Positions 52,265 through 60,741 of a DNA stretch of 64,000 nt are shown piece by piece; position 1 is the stretch's first letter, and each line of letters opens with the position of its first letter. The notes beneath the pieces were generated by a model that saw only the letters and a program-made list of their open reading frames with translations, was not told the origin of the DNA and did no database searches. This stretch comes from an uncultured virus (IMG/VR IMGVR_UViG_3300045999_007835) (taxonomy: Duplodnaviria > Heunggongvirae > Uroviricota > Caudoviricetes). Both the position numbers and the translations under genes were made by a program. The stretch lies in IMG/VR virus record IMGVR_UViG_3300045999_007835, one strand, 5' to 3'.

Positions 52265-53193
52265 TACATCACTCCACCGATGAAGGCCCGGCGCGGCACG
52301 AGACGAACTGCAGCTTTCTCACGGTCTTCACCTGCCGCCAAGTTGAACTGCTCGTCGTACGCCGCTTTCAGCATGTCGAGCCGAGGCATCAGCTCCGGCA
52401 CTTTCATCGCGATGTAGTACGCAAGCCCCGCCACCACGCACGGCAGGAATCGGAAGTTCATGTCTGCAGTTTCAATGCCGTTGCCGGCGTCCTGCACGCG
52501 CCTCATGCGCCAGTACACGAACTGATAAGTCTGCGAGTTGTCCGGCGTGGGCCACACTGTGATGGCCGGCAGGTTGGGGTTGTAGACCGTAGCCCCCGAG
52601 GAATGCCCCGCTGCAGTCGTTCCGTTCTGTCCACGCACCACACCGCCTAGACTATTACCGTCCAGCCAGCCATAGTAGATGTCTTCGGACCCGAGACGGA
52701 TGAAACCGGCAGAGGCAAGGTTTGCGGTTGAGGAGAGTGTGATAGTGGTTGTGGAACTGGTGATGGTCCCGTTGAGCGTAGCGCCCGTGGGCGATACCTG
52801 CCCTGACAACCGTTGCACCCAGACCTGAATGGGACGCCCCGGAGCTAGCTTGTTCGGGATTGTAGCGTAGGTGGAGACCGAGATGCGGGTGATGTTCAGG
52901 TCTGCCTGCGTTGAGGCAGCGTTTTGCCCCGTGCGAATGACGTGATCGAGCAGGTCGATGGTATCAAGGGGGAGAGCATAGGTGTTCAGCCCGGGCGTCA
53001 GGGTCAGCGTACCCTGCTCGATTGTCCACATGTTGATGCCACGATTTTGCCACTCAATGGTCATCAAGTTCATAGACCGGCGAGCAGTTCGCAGGTCATA
53101 GCCAGAACGCATCTCGCGCCCAGCCCGCTCCCACGCCTCTTCAGCGATGTCTGTGAACTCTAAGTTGAACGCCGTGGTGCCGGTAGTGGTCAT
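52264..53193 (-). CDS. Head-tail connector/tail tubular A-like protein
   Basis: EEAWERAG...SGYDL.TARRS, RFLPC..AGLAYY, EDREKA. Confidence 0.7.
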   Translation of the reverse strand: MTTTGTTAFNLEFTDIAEEAWERAGREMRSGYDLRTARRSMNLMTIEWQNRGINMWTIEQGTLTLTPGLNTYALPLDTIDLLDHVIRTGQNAASTQADLNITRISVSTYATIPNKLAPGRPIQVWVQRLSGQVSPTGATLNGTITSSTTTITLSSTANLASAGFIRLGSEDIYYGWLDGNSLGGVVRGQNGTTAAGHSSGATVYNPNLPAITVWPTPDNSQTYQFVYWRMRRVQDAGNGIETADMNFRFLPCVVAGLAYYIAMKVPELMPRLDMLKAAYDEQFNLAAGEDREKAAVRLVPRRAFIGGVM

Positions 53194-53423
53194 CGAAATC
53201 TCGCAGTCTTCTGAGCAATCCCTTTAGGCTGGGCTACAAACTGCTTGCCCTTAGCTTTCCCGGCTCGCTTGGCCTTCGTAGTCGCTGCGTACTCAGCAGG
53301 GCTAAGAGACTTGATCGCTGCCTCTGGCAGATACCGCTCCCCCGTTTTAGAGGAGGGCTTTCCGCTTTTGGTCCGCCACTTCTGCGCGGTCCAGTCAGAG
53401 AGCGATTTCTGCGGGGCTTTCAA
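53190..53423 (-). CDS. Small basic protein (DUF5872-like C-terminal half)
   Basis: SL.DWT.QKWRTKSGKPS..TGERYLP. Confidence 0.7.
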   Translation of the reverse strand: MKAPQKSLSDWTAQKWRTKSGKPSSKTGERYLPEAAIKSLSPAEYAATTKAKRAGKAKGKQFVAQPKGIAQKTARFR

Positions 53424-53707
53424 TCTTTGTACCCGCCGCCAGCGGCCTTGTACTTCTTTGCCAAGAGCTGGGCTTTACGGGCCGACCACTGGCCTGCACC
53501 AGTCCCCTGCGTTGCCTGCCCTTTGATCTGATTGAACAAGGCTTTACGCATCCCGGGCTTGGTGTAGTTACCCGCTTCATTGACCTTAGACTTAACTTCA
53601 CCACCCTCAGCGTACTCGTAGAACGCCGTGTCATCGCGCCGCTGCTTGCGCTTGGGCCCGGGCATTTTGTTGGGGTTGATCGCCCCCATGCCGCGTGAAG
53701 ACATCAT
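53420..53707 (-). CDS. Small basic protein (DUF5872-like N-terminal half)
   Basis: YAEGG, NYTKP, GQWSARKAQ. Confidence 0.7.
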   Translation of the reverse strand: MMSSRGMGAINPNKMPGPKRKQRRDDTAFYEYAEGGEVKSKVNEAGNYTKPGMRKALFNQIKGQATQGTGAGQWSARKAQLLAKKYKAAGGGYKD

Positions 53708-53716
53708 GGTGGTCTC

Positions 53717-54019
53717 CTAGATCATCCGACCTTTAGTCTTGCCCCGCTGAGCACAGCCATCCGCACGCTTGGAGGCGGACCCGACCGATCCACCTTTGGC
53801 GTAGCCAGCTTCTTGGTACGCTTCGTACTCGCGCGCGGCCTCGGGCACGGACTCACGCATCTCTTTTGCGGCCCGGATGTCATCACGCGCAGACTTCGCC
53901 ATCGTAGGCATGAAGCGAGACATGATGTCTTTCTCGCCCGCGATACCTTTCTGCATCATCTCGCGAGACCGCGCAAGCTTTGACCGTTCTTTTTCAGTGG
54001 GCTTACGGTACGTTGCCAT
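53717..54019 (-). CDS. Small basic protein with YAKGG and ADGxAxRGKTKG motifs
   Basis: Motifs seen in translation. Confidence 0.75.
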   Translation of the reverse strand: MATYRKPTEKERSKLARSREMMQKGIAGEKDIMSRFMPTMAKSARDDIRAAKEMRESVPEAAREYEAYQEAGYAKGGSVGSASKRADGCAQRGKTKGRMI

Positions 54020-54020
54020 G

Positions 54021-54389
54021 TCAGCACTTCCCGCCGCCCATCATGCGGACCTGCGTGCCCTTGGTCTTGCCCTTCTTGGCAATACCGTCAGCAGCGCGCG
54101 TGTAGCCACCGGCAGAGTAGGCTTTACCGCCTTTCTTCATGCCCTTCATCTCGGCCATCTCGTGCTTGACCATCGACTTCGGAGCGCCCTTCTTTTTCAT
54201 GAAGGCCAGCTCTTTACCCATCATCTTTTTCGATTCTTTCATGTCACCACCTCGGTTAAAGTTGCGGCCTTTGTCGGCCTGCATGAATTCCTTGCCAACC
54301 TTTTGTGGGATGCCAAGGCGTTTAGAAGCTGCGGGGTCATTAGCGACCATCGCCATCAGATTGTGTTGAGCTTTGCTCTTGCTTGGCAT
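54021..54389 (-). CDS. Small K/M-rich protein with several xxGG motifs
   Basis: FNRGG, MKKGG, YSAGG, ADGIAKKGKTKG. Confidence 0.75.
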   Translation of the reverse strand: MPSKSKAQHNLMAMVANDPAASKRLGIPQKVGKEFMQADKGRNFNRGGDMKESKKMMGKELAFMKKKGAPKSMVKHEMAEMKGMKKGGKAYSAGGYTRAADGIAKKGKTKGTQVRMMGGGKC

Positions 54390-54567
54390 TTGCCCTCCCA
54401 GTAAAACCTTTTACTGTGTCGGTTTCCCAGATTCGGATTGCAAACCATATTACGGTTAACACCCCGCCAATCAAACCAACAATAGGCGGAAACCATTGCA
54501 TAAAACCAGCAACGCCCACAACAACGGCAGCGCCATCAGCAGCGGTTTTGATTTCTTGTGCGTTCAT
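54340..54567 (-). CDS. Small membrane protein
   Basis: Hydrophobic helices then RIWETDTV. Confidence 0.65.
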   Translation of the reverse strand: MNAQEIKTAADGAAVVVGVAGFMQWFPPIVGLIGGVLTVIWFAIRIWETDTVKGFTGRANAKQEQSSTQSDGDGR

Positions 54568-54568
54568 C

Positions 54569-54820
54569 TCAGCACTTCCACGCCCTGAGTGATTTGTTAA
54601 TCCGGCTGTTTGGGTCATTCGCGGTCTTCTCGGAAGTCAGCTTCTTCTTCATACCGGTCATCCGGGCACAGAATGACTTCTTCCTTGCCCCACCTTCCGG
54701 CTGCGGGGCCTTGAGCCCCGGCTTCCCCGGATTGGCTTTGTTGTAGCTGGCGCGCCCTTTGGCATTCAAACCACCAGAGGGATTCTTGCCTTCTGAACGT
54801 TGCCACGCTGGCGTCTTCAT
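54569..54820 (-). CDS. Small basic protein (DUF6321-like)
   Basis: GK...GGL..KGR, SFCARM, SR...L..W.C. Confidence 0.75.
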   Translation of the reverse strand: MKTPAWQRSEGKNPSGGLNAKGRASYNKANPGKPGLKAPQPEGGARKKSFCARMTGMKKKLTSEKTANDPNSRINKSLRAWKC

Positions 54821-54822
54821 GC

Positions 54823-55413
54823 TTACCCGCAGATGATTGTGCAGAACGTAACGTTGGTCAACGTCACCACACAGTAGTCTTGGTTAGACCCCAGCGTCGT
54901 CAAGATACCCTCTGCTGCCATATACAGGCTATTAACCGCAATGGCTGACGCAGGAGTATTTACCTGAAGCCGGAGCGCGCTAGCCAACCCGTTGGTGTTG
55001 AACTTAATAGAACCTGCACTAGCGGTTCCAACAAAGTACAAACCTTTGATACGGGTCCGGGGGAGAGCAAGACTGCCCGTCGTACCGATCTTGACGTTAC
55101 CTGCCGACGCACCGCTGGCAACGATGGAGTCCACGCGTGCCCAGTAGTTGGTCGAAGTTGCAGTCGTAGCATTGGGGCCCGTCACAACTTCAGAGGCTGA
55201 AGTGCACGTCAGATCACCAACCTTAATTCCAGTGATCGTGAACGTAATACCGGAGTCATCCCCCGCAGACGTGATGATGACTTTGTACCCGTACCCATTC
55301 GGCCCGACAGTGTTGGTCAGCAGCGAAAGAGAACCTGCATCTGCAATAGACGCATTCGCCCGATAATAGGCATCGTCCGTCGCAGGCGTTACTGCCCATA
55401 CGTCATATTGCAT
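54823..55413 (-). CDS. Putative capsid decoration/structural protein
   Basis: Beta-rich, AGGAG RBS. Confidence 0.65.
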   Translation of the reverse strand: MQYDVWAVTPATDDAYYRANASIADAGSLSLLTNTVGPNGYGYKVIITSAGDDSGITFTITGIKVGDLTCTSASEVVTGPNATTATSTNYWARVDSIVASGASAGNVKIGTTGSLALPRTRIKGLYFVGTASAGSIKFNTNGLASALRLQVNTPASAIAVNSLYMAAEGILTTLGSNQDYCVVTLTNVTFCTIICG

Positions 55414-55425
55414 GACGGACTCCTA

Positions 55426-55950
55426 TTACTGGTCAGCAAAAGCAGGAGCAGTTGCACCAGTGACGCTACCCCACACCTGCCAGTTAGTTCCGTTAATCGC
55501 CAGAACGTTAATCTGCGCAGCGGCGGGGACGTTGACCTGAAGCTTGCTATTAGAGTTCCCGTCCGAGAACACAACAGACGCAGCACCATCATCGGTATCG
55601 TTAAACGCAACACCACCAATAAAGTAATTGGTGTTCGACCCGGTGTTGATGATGAAGTCCGTAGCGTCAGCAGCGCCGCCGCCATACACGAACGTAAACA
55701 TCAGACCTGCAACAGGAGCCGGGAGAGTATAGGTGTTGTCCTGAGTACCGTTGGGGACAATGTTGATCCGGCCAGCGTTAGCGGCGGCGGTCAGCGAAGC
55801 ATTACCATCAGCCAGCGATACAGGGGCTGCAACTACGCCAGAACTGGAGAATGCCGGACCGACTGTGACAGCACCGGTAGAAGAATTGACAGAGATGGTT
55901 TCAAAACCATTCTGCGATCGTACCGGGCCGTTGAAAGTGGTATTTGCCAT
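55426..55950 (-). CDS. Putative capsid decoration protein
   Basis: MA.TTF.GPVRS.NGF N-terminus; follows the capsid gene. Confidence 0.7.
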   Translation of the reverse strand: MANTTFNGPVRSQNGFETISVNSSTGAVTVGPAFSSSGVVAAPVSLADGNASLTAAANAGRINIVPNGTQDNTYTLPAPVAGLMFTFVYGGGAADATDFIINTGSNTNYFIGGVAFNDTDDGAASVVFSDGNSNSKLQVNVPAAAQINVLAINGTNWQVWGSVTGATAPAFADQ

Positions 55951-55956
55951 GATTCC

Positions 55957-56030
55957 TCACATGCGAGCAAGAGGCGCTGTCTGCATGTCGTCTGGCCGGG
56001 ACCAGTCAGCACCCCGGATAACCCCGGAAT
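55957..56030 (-). ncRNA. Structured RNA downstream of the gpT-like capsid gene (resembles the Mu-gpT-DE motif)
   Basis: Pairings GGUGCUG/CAGCGCC, CUGG/CCAG, ACAUGC/GCAUGU, and CCGGG with loop CCCGG; genomic position fits. Confidence 0.6.
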
Positions 56031-56035
56031 GACTC

Positions 56036-56064
56036 TTTGTATCAGGTTGTGGGGAGGGTGTCAA
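56036..56064 (-). promoter_or_regulatory. Putative sigma70 promoter
   Basis: TTGACA-17bp-TACAAA on the minus strand. Confidence 0.6.
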
Positions 56065-56791
56065 CATACTTGAAGCTCCACCCCATGCGCCGCCCCTTAG
56101 ACAAAGGCTTTCCGGACTTCAACGCGCGGTTCAACGTAGGCATCAACAGCTCAAGCGACTGCAGGGTCTCAGTCAGACTCCCATAGCGATGCACAACGCC
56201 CTGCGGGTCCGTAGCATCGATCTGCTTGCGCATCTTGAATTTGGCCTCTTCCGTGTGCGTACGGCCCGTCCAGTGGCTGTAATGCCCCGCCGCTGCAGCC
56301 GCCATGATCTTTGCGCGCCCTGCGTCTGAAATTTTGCGCCCCGGGCCTTTGGGTTTGCCACGCTGCGTGTTGCCAATTTTGCCCCGTACTTCTTCGGAAA
56401 GAGTTGTGCCGTACCGGTAGTGGTTGGCGCCAGCGTGCTTACCTTTGCGGCTCGTGCTGATTGCTTTTTTGGTCGCAGCACTTAGTACCTGACCGAGCCG
56501 GGGCGCAAACGCGTCTACGTTGATGTTGTAGCAATCAGGCTGACCAACACATTTCATCAAGTACGTGTTCTCGATATCAAACGTGTGCCGACCCTCCGGC
56601 ACCGTCTCTAAGATCTCAAATACAAACATTTCCGCACCGTACTTGTTCCACGCCGCCTGAAGGCGTGGGTTCTTGTGTTCGTTACGCTTCAATGCGTAAG
56701 TGTGTTGCCAACGTCGCCGCTCAAACGACTCGGCACTGCCGACGTAATAATGATTATTTGCCATGTTGGTGATGCGATAGATGACTGCCAT
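56042..56791 (-). CDS. GIY-YIG homing endonuclease with NUMOD3-like repeats
   Basis: VIYRITN......YVGSA....RRW.H, N..LQ.AWNKYG, HTEEAK.KM; GGAGG RBS. Confidence 0.9.
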   Translation of the reverse strand: MAVIYRITNMANNHYYVGSAESFERRRWQHTYALKRNEHKNPRLQAAWNKYGAEMFVFEILETVPEGRHTFDIENTYLMKCVGQPDCYNINVDAFAPRLGQVLSAATKKAISTSRKGKHAGANHYRYGTTLSEEVRGKIGNTQRGKPKGPGRKISDAGRAKIMAAAAAGHYSHWTGRTHTEEAKFKMRKQIDATDPQGVVHRYGSLTETLQSLELLMPTLNRALKSGKPLSKGRRMGWSFKYVDTLPTT

Positions 56792-56818
56792 TGCGACCTC
56801 CGTGGAGTAATGATCGGT

Positions 56819-56847
56819 ATTATGCCCCGGAAAGTTAAATAGGTCAA
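56819..56847 (-). promoter_or_regulatory. Dedicated promoter for the GIY-YIG gene
   Basis: TTGACC-17bp-CATAAT on the minus strand. Confidence 0.7.
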
Positions 56848-56876
56848 TTCGCGAGCTTTGTACCGCTAATAGGCAC

Positions 56877-56900
56877 AAAAAAGCCCTCCGAAGAGGGCTC
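56877..56900 (-). terminator. Rho-independent terminator after the capsid gene
   Basis: GAGCCCTC-TTCG-GAGGGCTT followed by TTTT. Confidence 0.9.
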
Positions 56901-56927
56901 CAAACACTCGTAAGTGCTTGATTTTGC

Positions 56928-57839
56928 TTAGCTTGCGCCGGGCGAACCGTAGGCGCCGAGCGGGTCCGAGACGCCGAACGAATAGCGTTCGCGGGCCTTG
57001 TACCTAGCGTTCCCAGTGTCGAAGTCCGCATCCATACCCGTCTGCATCGGGGTACGAACGAAGTGCTTCAGACCGTTGGGCACGTCGGTCAAAAGGAACC
57101 AAGCGTTGGTGTCGGTCAGGTAGTGGTTGATCGTGAACCCTTCAGGAATCGAGTTCATCGACTTCAGCGCGTTGACGTCGTTGTCAGCGGTCGCCACACG
57201 GAGTTCAGTCTCCAAGAGGCGGGTTGCAACGAACTGCAACGCTGGAGGAACCACCAGCTTACGCGGCTTGGCGGCGATCAGCAGCCCACGCTCATCGGTC
57301 CAGCCAGCGATCTGGATAACGGCGGCTTCCAAAGAAGTCTCGTTCAGATCGGCAGCGGTTGACGGGCGGTTGCTGTTGGTGCCACCAGAGACCAGCGGAT
57401 GAGCGGTCGAGAACAGGCTAACGCCGTCGCCGTAGGTCACGGCGGAGCTAAAGCCTTGGTTCAGGATCGCAGCCGCTTTGACCTGCTTGGTATACGCCAT
57501 CGCGCGAGCAAGCGCTTTGGTGTACCGCGACGACAGACTGTCGTACAGGTTGTCTTCCATCGCCTCTTCGGTGATGGAGAAGCCCATAGCAATCGTCTCG
57601 TGGTTGTACCGAGCAGTCCAAGCCTCTTGCGCGTTGTCGTACGCCAGAGCAGAGCCCTCGTTCTTGACCGGAGCAGCGCTGAAGCCGGAGAGCTTGGTCT
57701 CCTCTTCAAACGAACGCTCGGAGGTCTCGGTCTCGAAGAGCTCTTTGTGTTCTTCGCCGTACCGTTTGTACTCCAGACCGAACAGTGCGTTAAGCCCGGG
57801 CAGGAGTTCTTTAAGTAGCTGTGCGCGTGAAATAGCCAT
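56928..57839 (-). CDS. Major capsid protein (Mu gpT-like)
   Basis: MAISRAQLLKELLPGLNALFG, DGVSLFSTAHP, YKARERYSFG.SD. Confidence 0.9.
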   Translation of the reverse strand: MAISRAQLLKELLPGLNALFGLEYKRYGEEHKELFETETSERSFEEETKLSGFSAAPVKNEGSALAYDNAQEAWTARYNHETIAMGFSITEEAMEDNLYDSLSSRYTKALARAMAYTKQVKAAAILNQGFSSAVTYGDGVSLFSTAHPLVSGGTNSNRPSTAADLNETSLEAAVIQIAGWTDERGLLIAAKPRKLVVPPALQFVATRLLETELRVATADNDVNALKSMNSIPEGFTINHYLTDTNAWFLLTDVPNGLKHFVRTPMQTGMDADFDTGNARYKARERYSFGVSDPLGAYGSPGAS

Positions 57840-57850
57840 GATTTAACTCC

Positions 57851-58690
57851 TTAGACGCCGGTACCGGTGTAATACGAGTGCGTGCCGAAGTTCAGTTTGA
57901 TCAGAACTTCAGGGTACTGCGTAAACACAATGGTGGAGGCCGAGGGGATTGCAGTAACACTGCCGGGTACAGCAACAGCCGCATTGATCGTAACGGAAGT
58001 ATCACCCGCAGCCGCAGCCGCCGATACAAACGATCCCGTTTCAATCAATTGGCCGTTAGCAGCCAAATACGCCACATCCGTACCAACCGGAATAGCAGCA
58101 GGTAGGCCGCCGCCAGTCAAGGTGATGGTGGTGCTGCTGGACGAGCCGGTTGCGTTGGTCACGATGGCGGTTTCGGGAACCAAGCCAACCACACGAGCCG
58201 CCAAATCGATGGACGTGGTAGTGGCCGACCACAGCAGTGCAACGGCGGAATTGCCAGTGTTAATGCTGCCAGCGTTCTGGATCAGACCGTAGTTTCGCCC
58301 GACGCTAGGAATAGAGCCGGAAGCGATGGTCGTGCCCGAAGAACACATAACAACCTTAAACACCGTATCCGGATCGTCGCAAACGATGGCTTGAGCATCG
58401 CCCGCCAAGGTGCTAGCAGGCCAATACTGGCTGAATTGCTTTTGCTTGGTCGTCGGATTGGTGTACGAACAGCCGAGGAATACACCGATAATCCCCGTTT
58501 GGGTCGAGTCGGTGGTGTCGGCATTTGCTACAACAGTGCCGCGTGACAGATTAACCAGATCACCATAGAAGATGTTCGTGGCGTAACCGTACTGAATGGG
58601 CAGGTTACGGGTGGACCCCGCAAATACCTGACCGCCGATCAGATTGATCGGCTTTAGCCCGTAGGGCTTATCAACCGTGGGGTAAGCCAT
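57851..58690 (-). CDS. Capsid cement/decoration protein
   Basis: PYGLKP, IFYGD.V, GVFLGC.Y, DDPD; directly upstream of the capsid gene. Confidence 0.7.
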   Translation of the reverse strand: MAYPTVDKPYGLKPINLIGGQVFAGSTRNLPIQYGYATNIFYGDLVNLSRGTVVANADTTDSTQTGIIGVFLGCSYTNPTTKQKQFSQYWPASTLAGDAQAIVCDDPDTVFKVVMCSSGTTIASGSIPSVGRNYGLIQNAGSINTGNSAVALLWSATTTSIDLAARVVGLVPETAIVTNATGSSSSTTITLTGGGLPAAIPVGTDVAYLAANGQLIETGSFVSAAAAAGDTSVTINAAVAVPGSVTAIPSASTIVFTQYPEVLIKLNFGTHSYYTGTGV

Positions 58691-58704
58691 TTAAGACTCC
58701 TAAA

Positions 58705-59154
58705 TTATTGACCGCGTCCGAAGGTCACCTTGGACTTACGCTCAGCAAAGAGCGGCATCCGAGGATCGTTCTGACGCATAAAGTTTTGATCAACCGACTG
58801 GATTTGAGCTTCGTTCTGGTCTTGGTAGTGCGCAGTACGATCCTCAACCATTTCGATCGGGGCTTTGCAAAGCATCAGCCCACCAATCACGATGTTGTCC
58901 TTGAAGCGCGCGTCTTCGACGTTCACAACATGGACCTCAGGATGGTCGACTGCTTTGACGGGTTCCCAACCCTCTCGAAGTTTGAGAGAAACATTCATGG
59001 GATCAGCCTGCCCACGCGTGCTGATACGAACCCAATGAAACGTGTAGCCGGGCTCCGGATTCGGATTTGGCAACACATCGGGACGATTCCACGCACGCTT
59101 GCGAGCGGTGCGTTCACGGGTCTCAAGTTCACGGTTAGCGCGGTTCTCAGCCAT
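58705..59154 (-). CDS. Conserved head-region protein
   Basis: WVR......D..N....REGWEPV, GGLMLCK. Confidence 0.75.
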   Translation of the reverse strand: MAENRANRELETRERTARKRAWNRPDVLPNPNPEPGYTFHWVRISTRGQADPMNVSLKLREGWEPVKAVDHPEVHVVNVEDARFKDNIVIGGLMLCKAPIEMVEDRTAHYQDQNEAQIQSVDQNFMRQNDPRMPLFAERKSKVTFGRGQ

Positions 59155-60175
59155 TTTGTTGTTTCCTCATGTCTTCAGCAACCTGTCGGGCGTATTGCTC
59201 AGGCGTAAGCCCAAGCCGTTTTGCGAGTGCGACTGCGGATGCAGTAAGCACGATTTTTCGAGGAGCGGTGCTGCGGGATGCGGGTGCAACCACAGACGCT
59301 TTGCGCTGCTTTTCAGCAGGGGGAGGGGGATCAGAATCCGCCACATCGGCGTCAAACGCCTCTGGGAAGACCTGTCGCATACGAGTGTTGATACGCTCGT
59401 AGTAGGCATCGCTTTGAGGGTCTACACCCTCGCGGACCAACTTCTGGTGCAGCCCCAACGCAAGAGCGGTCATCTCGTCATCGGATCCAAACCAAGCATT
59501 GGCCTGTTGCCAAGCCGCAGCCTTGGTATCTACCGGTGGCGCAGGAGCGGATACGGGAGGTTGTACAGGAGTTTCAGGTTTTTGTAAAGGAGGCGGTTTC
59601 CAATTAGCAACGCGCTCCGCCCGGTTCTTAGCAGCGATGAGCGCTTCTTGGGCCGCCAAGACCTTATCCGAATCCCCAGACTCGTAGGCGTCCTTGTATG
59701 CGCGCTTAGCCTGTTCAAGCTCTGCAGTCGTCCGCGCTTTGGCCTGTGCCATGAGCGCTTCTTGACTCTTAGTCGACTCTTGCTTGAGGCGGTTGTTCTC
59801 CTCCTGCAGGCTCTGCGCGTACCGAATGGCTTCTTCACGCTCACGCTGTGCGGCTTCCGCACGCCTGCGCTCATCGTGGTAGCCCTTGGCAAAGTGCTTG
59901 ATGCGCTTCTGGACTTTCTCCGAGTACTCACCAAGCTCGTCGTCAGTTACTTCTGACGGCGGCTCAGAGGGCTTGCGATTACGGTCTTTCGGAGGCGTAT
60001 CGTCCTTAATCTCAATCTGGATGTCGGACGCGGCGTCGTCCGCCTTTGCCGGCGTGCGCTCTAACTTCGGCGGCTTCTCCGTGATGTCCGTTACGTCAGT
60101 CGCCGGCTCGACCTCGATCTCTTTCGAGACCTTCTCAGGGTCCGGAAACTCAAATTCAACTTTTTGCATAGGCAT
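59147..60175 (-). CDS. Scaffolding protein (putative)
   Basis: Acidic coiled coil, N.WFG, AKRLGL..EQYA. Confidence 0.75.
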   Translation of the reverse strand: MPMQKVEFEFPDPEKVSKEIEVEPATDVTDITEKPPKLERTPAKADDAASDIQIEIKDDTPPKDRNRKPSEPPSEVTDDELGEYSEKVQKRIKHFAKGYHDERRRAEAAQREREEAIRYAQSLQEENNRLKQESTKSQEALMAQAKARTTAELEQAKRAYKDAYESGDSDKVLAAQEALIAAKNRAERVANWKPPPLQKPETPVQPPVSAPAPPVDTKAAAWQQANAWFGSDDEMTALALGLHQKLVREGVDPQSDAYYERINTRMRQVFPEAFDADVADSDPPPPAEKQRKASVVAPASRSTAPRKIVLTASAVALAKRLGLTPEQYARQVAEDMRKQQNG

Positions 60176-60185
60176 GGTGGGCTCC

Positions 60186-60551
60186 TTAGGCTCGCGTTAC
60201 GCCGCGCGGGTCCGGCACAACCGCTTCAATCGAGTCATCGTTTAGCAGCCGATACTCTTGGTTGTTCACCTTGAAACGTGTGCCCGAGTTGGGGCGGAAC
60301 ATCACAAAGTCACCGACCTTGCACCACGGACCCGTGGGGAAGCGATCTTTGTCGGAATACGCTTGGTCCCCCATGTCGATCACGGCACCCATCATGGAGA
60401 GAACTACTTCTGCATGTCGGGTTTGCTCTGCCTTCATGAGCCCAGAGTCGTATGCTTCTTCTACCTTGGGTAGAGCAATGAGGATTCGGTAACCTACCGG
60501 TTTGGGAAGTTGAGCCTCAAATTCCTCATCAGTTAGCTGATGATCAGTCAT
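60186..60551 (-). CDS. groES: GroES-like co-chaperonin
   Basis: P.GYRILI, GPWCKVGDFV, RLLNDD. Confidence 0.85.
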   Translation of the reverse strand: MTDHQLTDEEFEAQLPKPVGYRILIALPKVEEAYDSGLMKAEQTRHAEVVLSMMGAVIDMGDQAYSDKDRFPTGPWCKVGDFVMFRPNSGTRFKVNNQEYRLLNDDSIEAVVPDPRGVTRA

Positions 60552-60741
60552 CGTCTTGTTCCATATATTGCTGCGCAAGGTCAAGGATTTCACGCTTTGC
60601 GGTCTCTAGACCTCGAATCAAGCCGCAAAGATCTCTGTACTCCGCGTAGTCTTTAGCTGCGCCAGAGGCCAATGAATCTGCAACCGCCGCAATGTGGGCG
60701 GTGATCTTTTCAACCAGCACGTCATAGACGGTCTTAGCCAT
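60544..60741 (-). CDS. Conserved small protein between portal and GroES
   Basis: DYAEYR..CG.IRGL. Confidence 0.75.
   Translation of the reverse strand: MAKTVYDVLVEKITAHIAAVADSLASGAAKDYAEYRDLCGLIRGLETAKREILDLAQQYMEQDDD

Noticed and set aside
56042..57031. 329-aa version of the endonuclease, or a group I intron in the capsid gene
   Set aside because: The capsid ORF is intact and followed by a terminator; the real start is ATG 56791 with GGAGG; no intron core recognised
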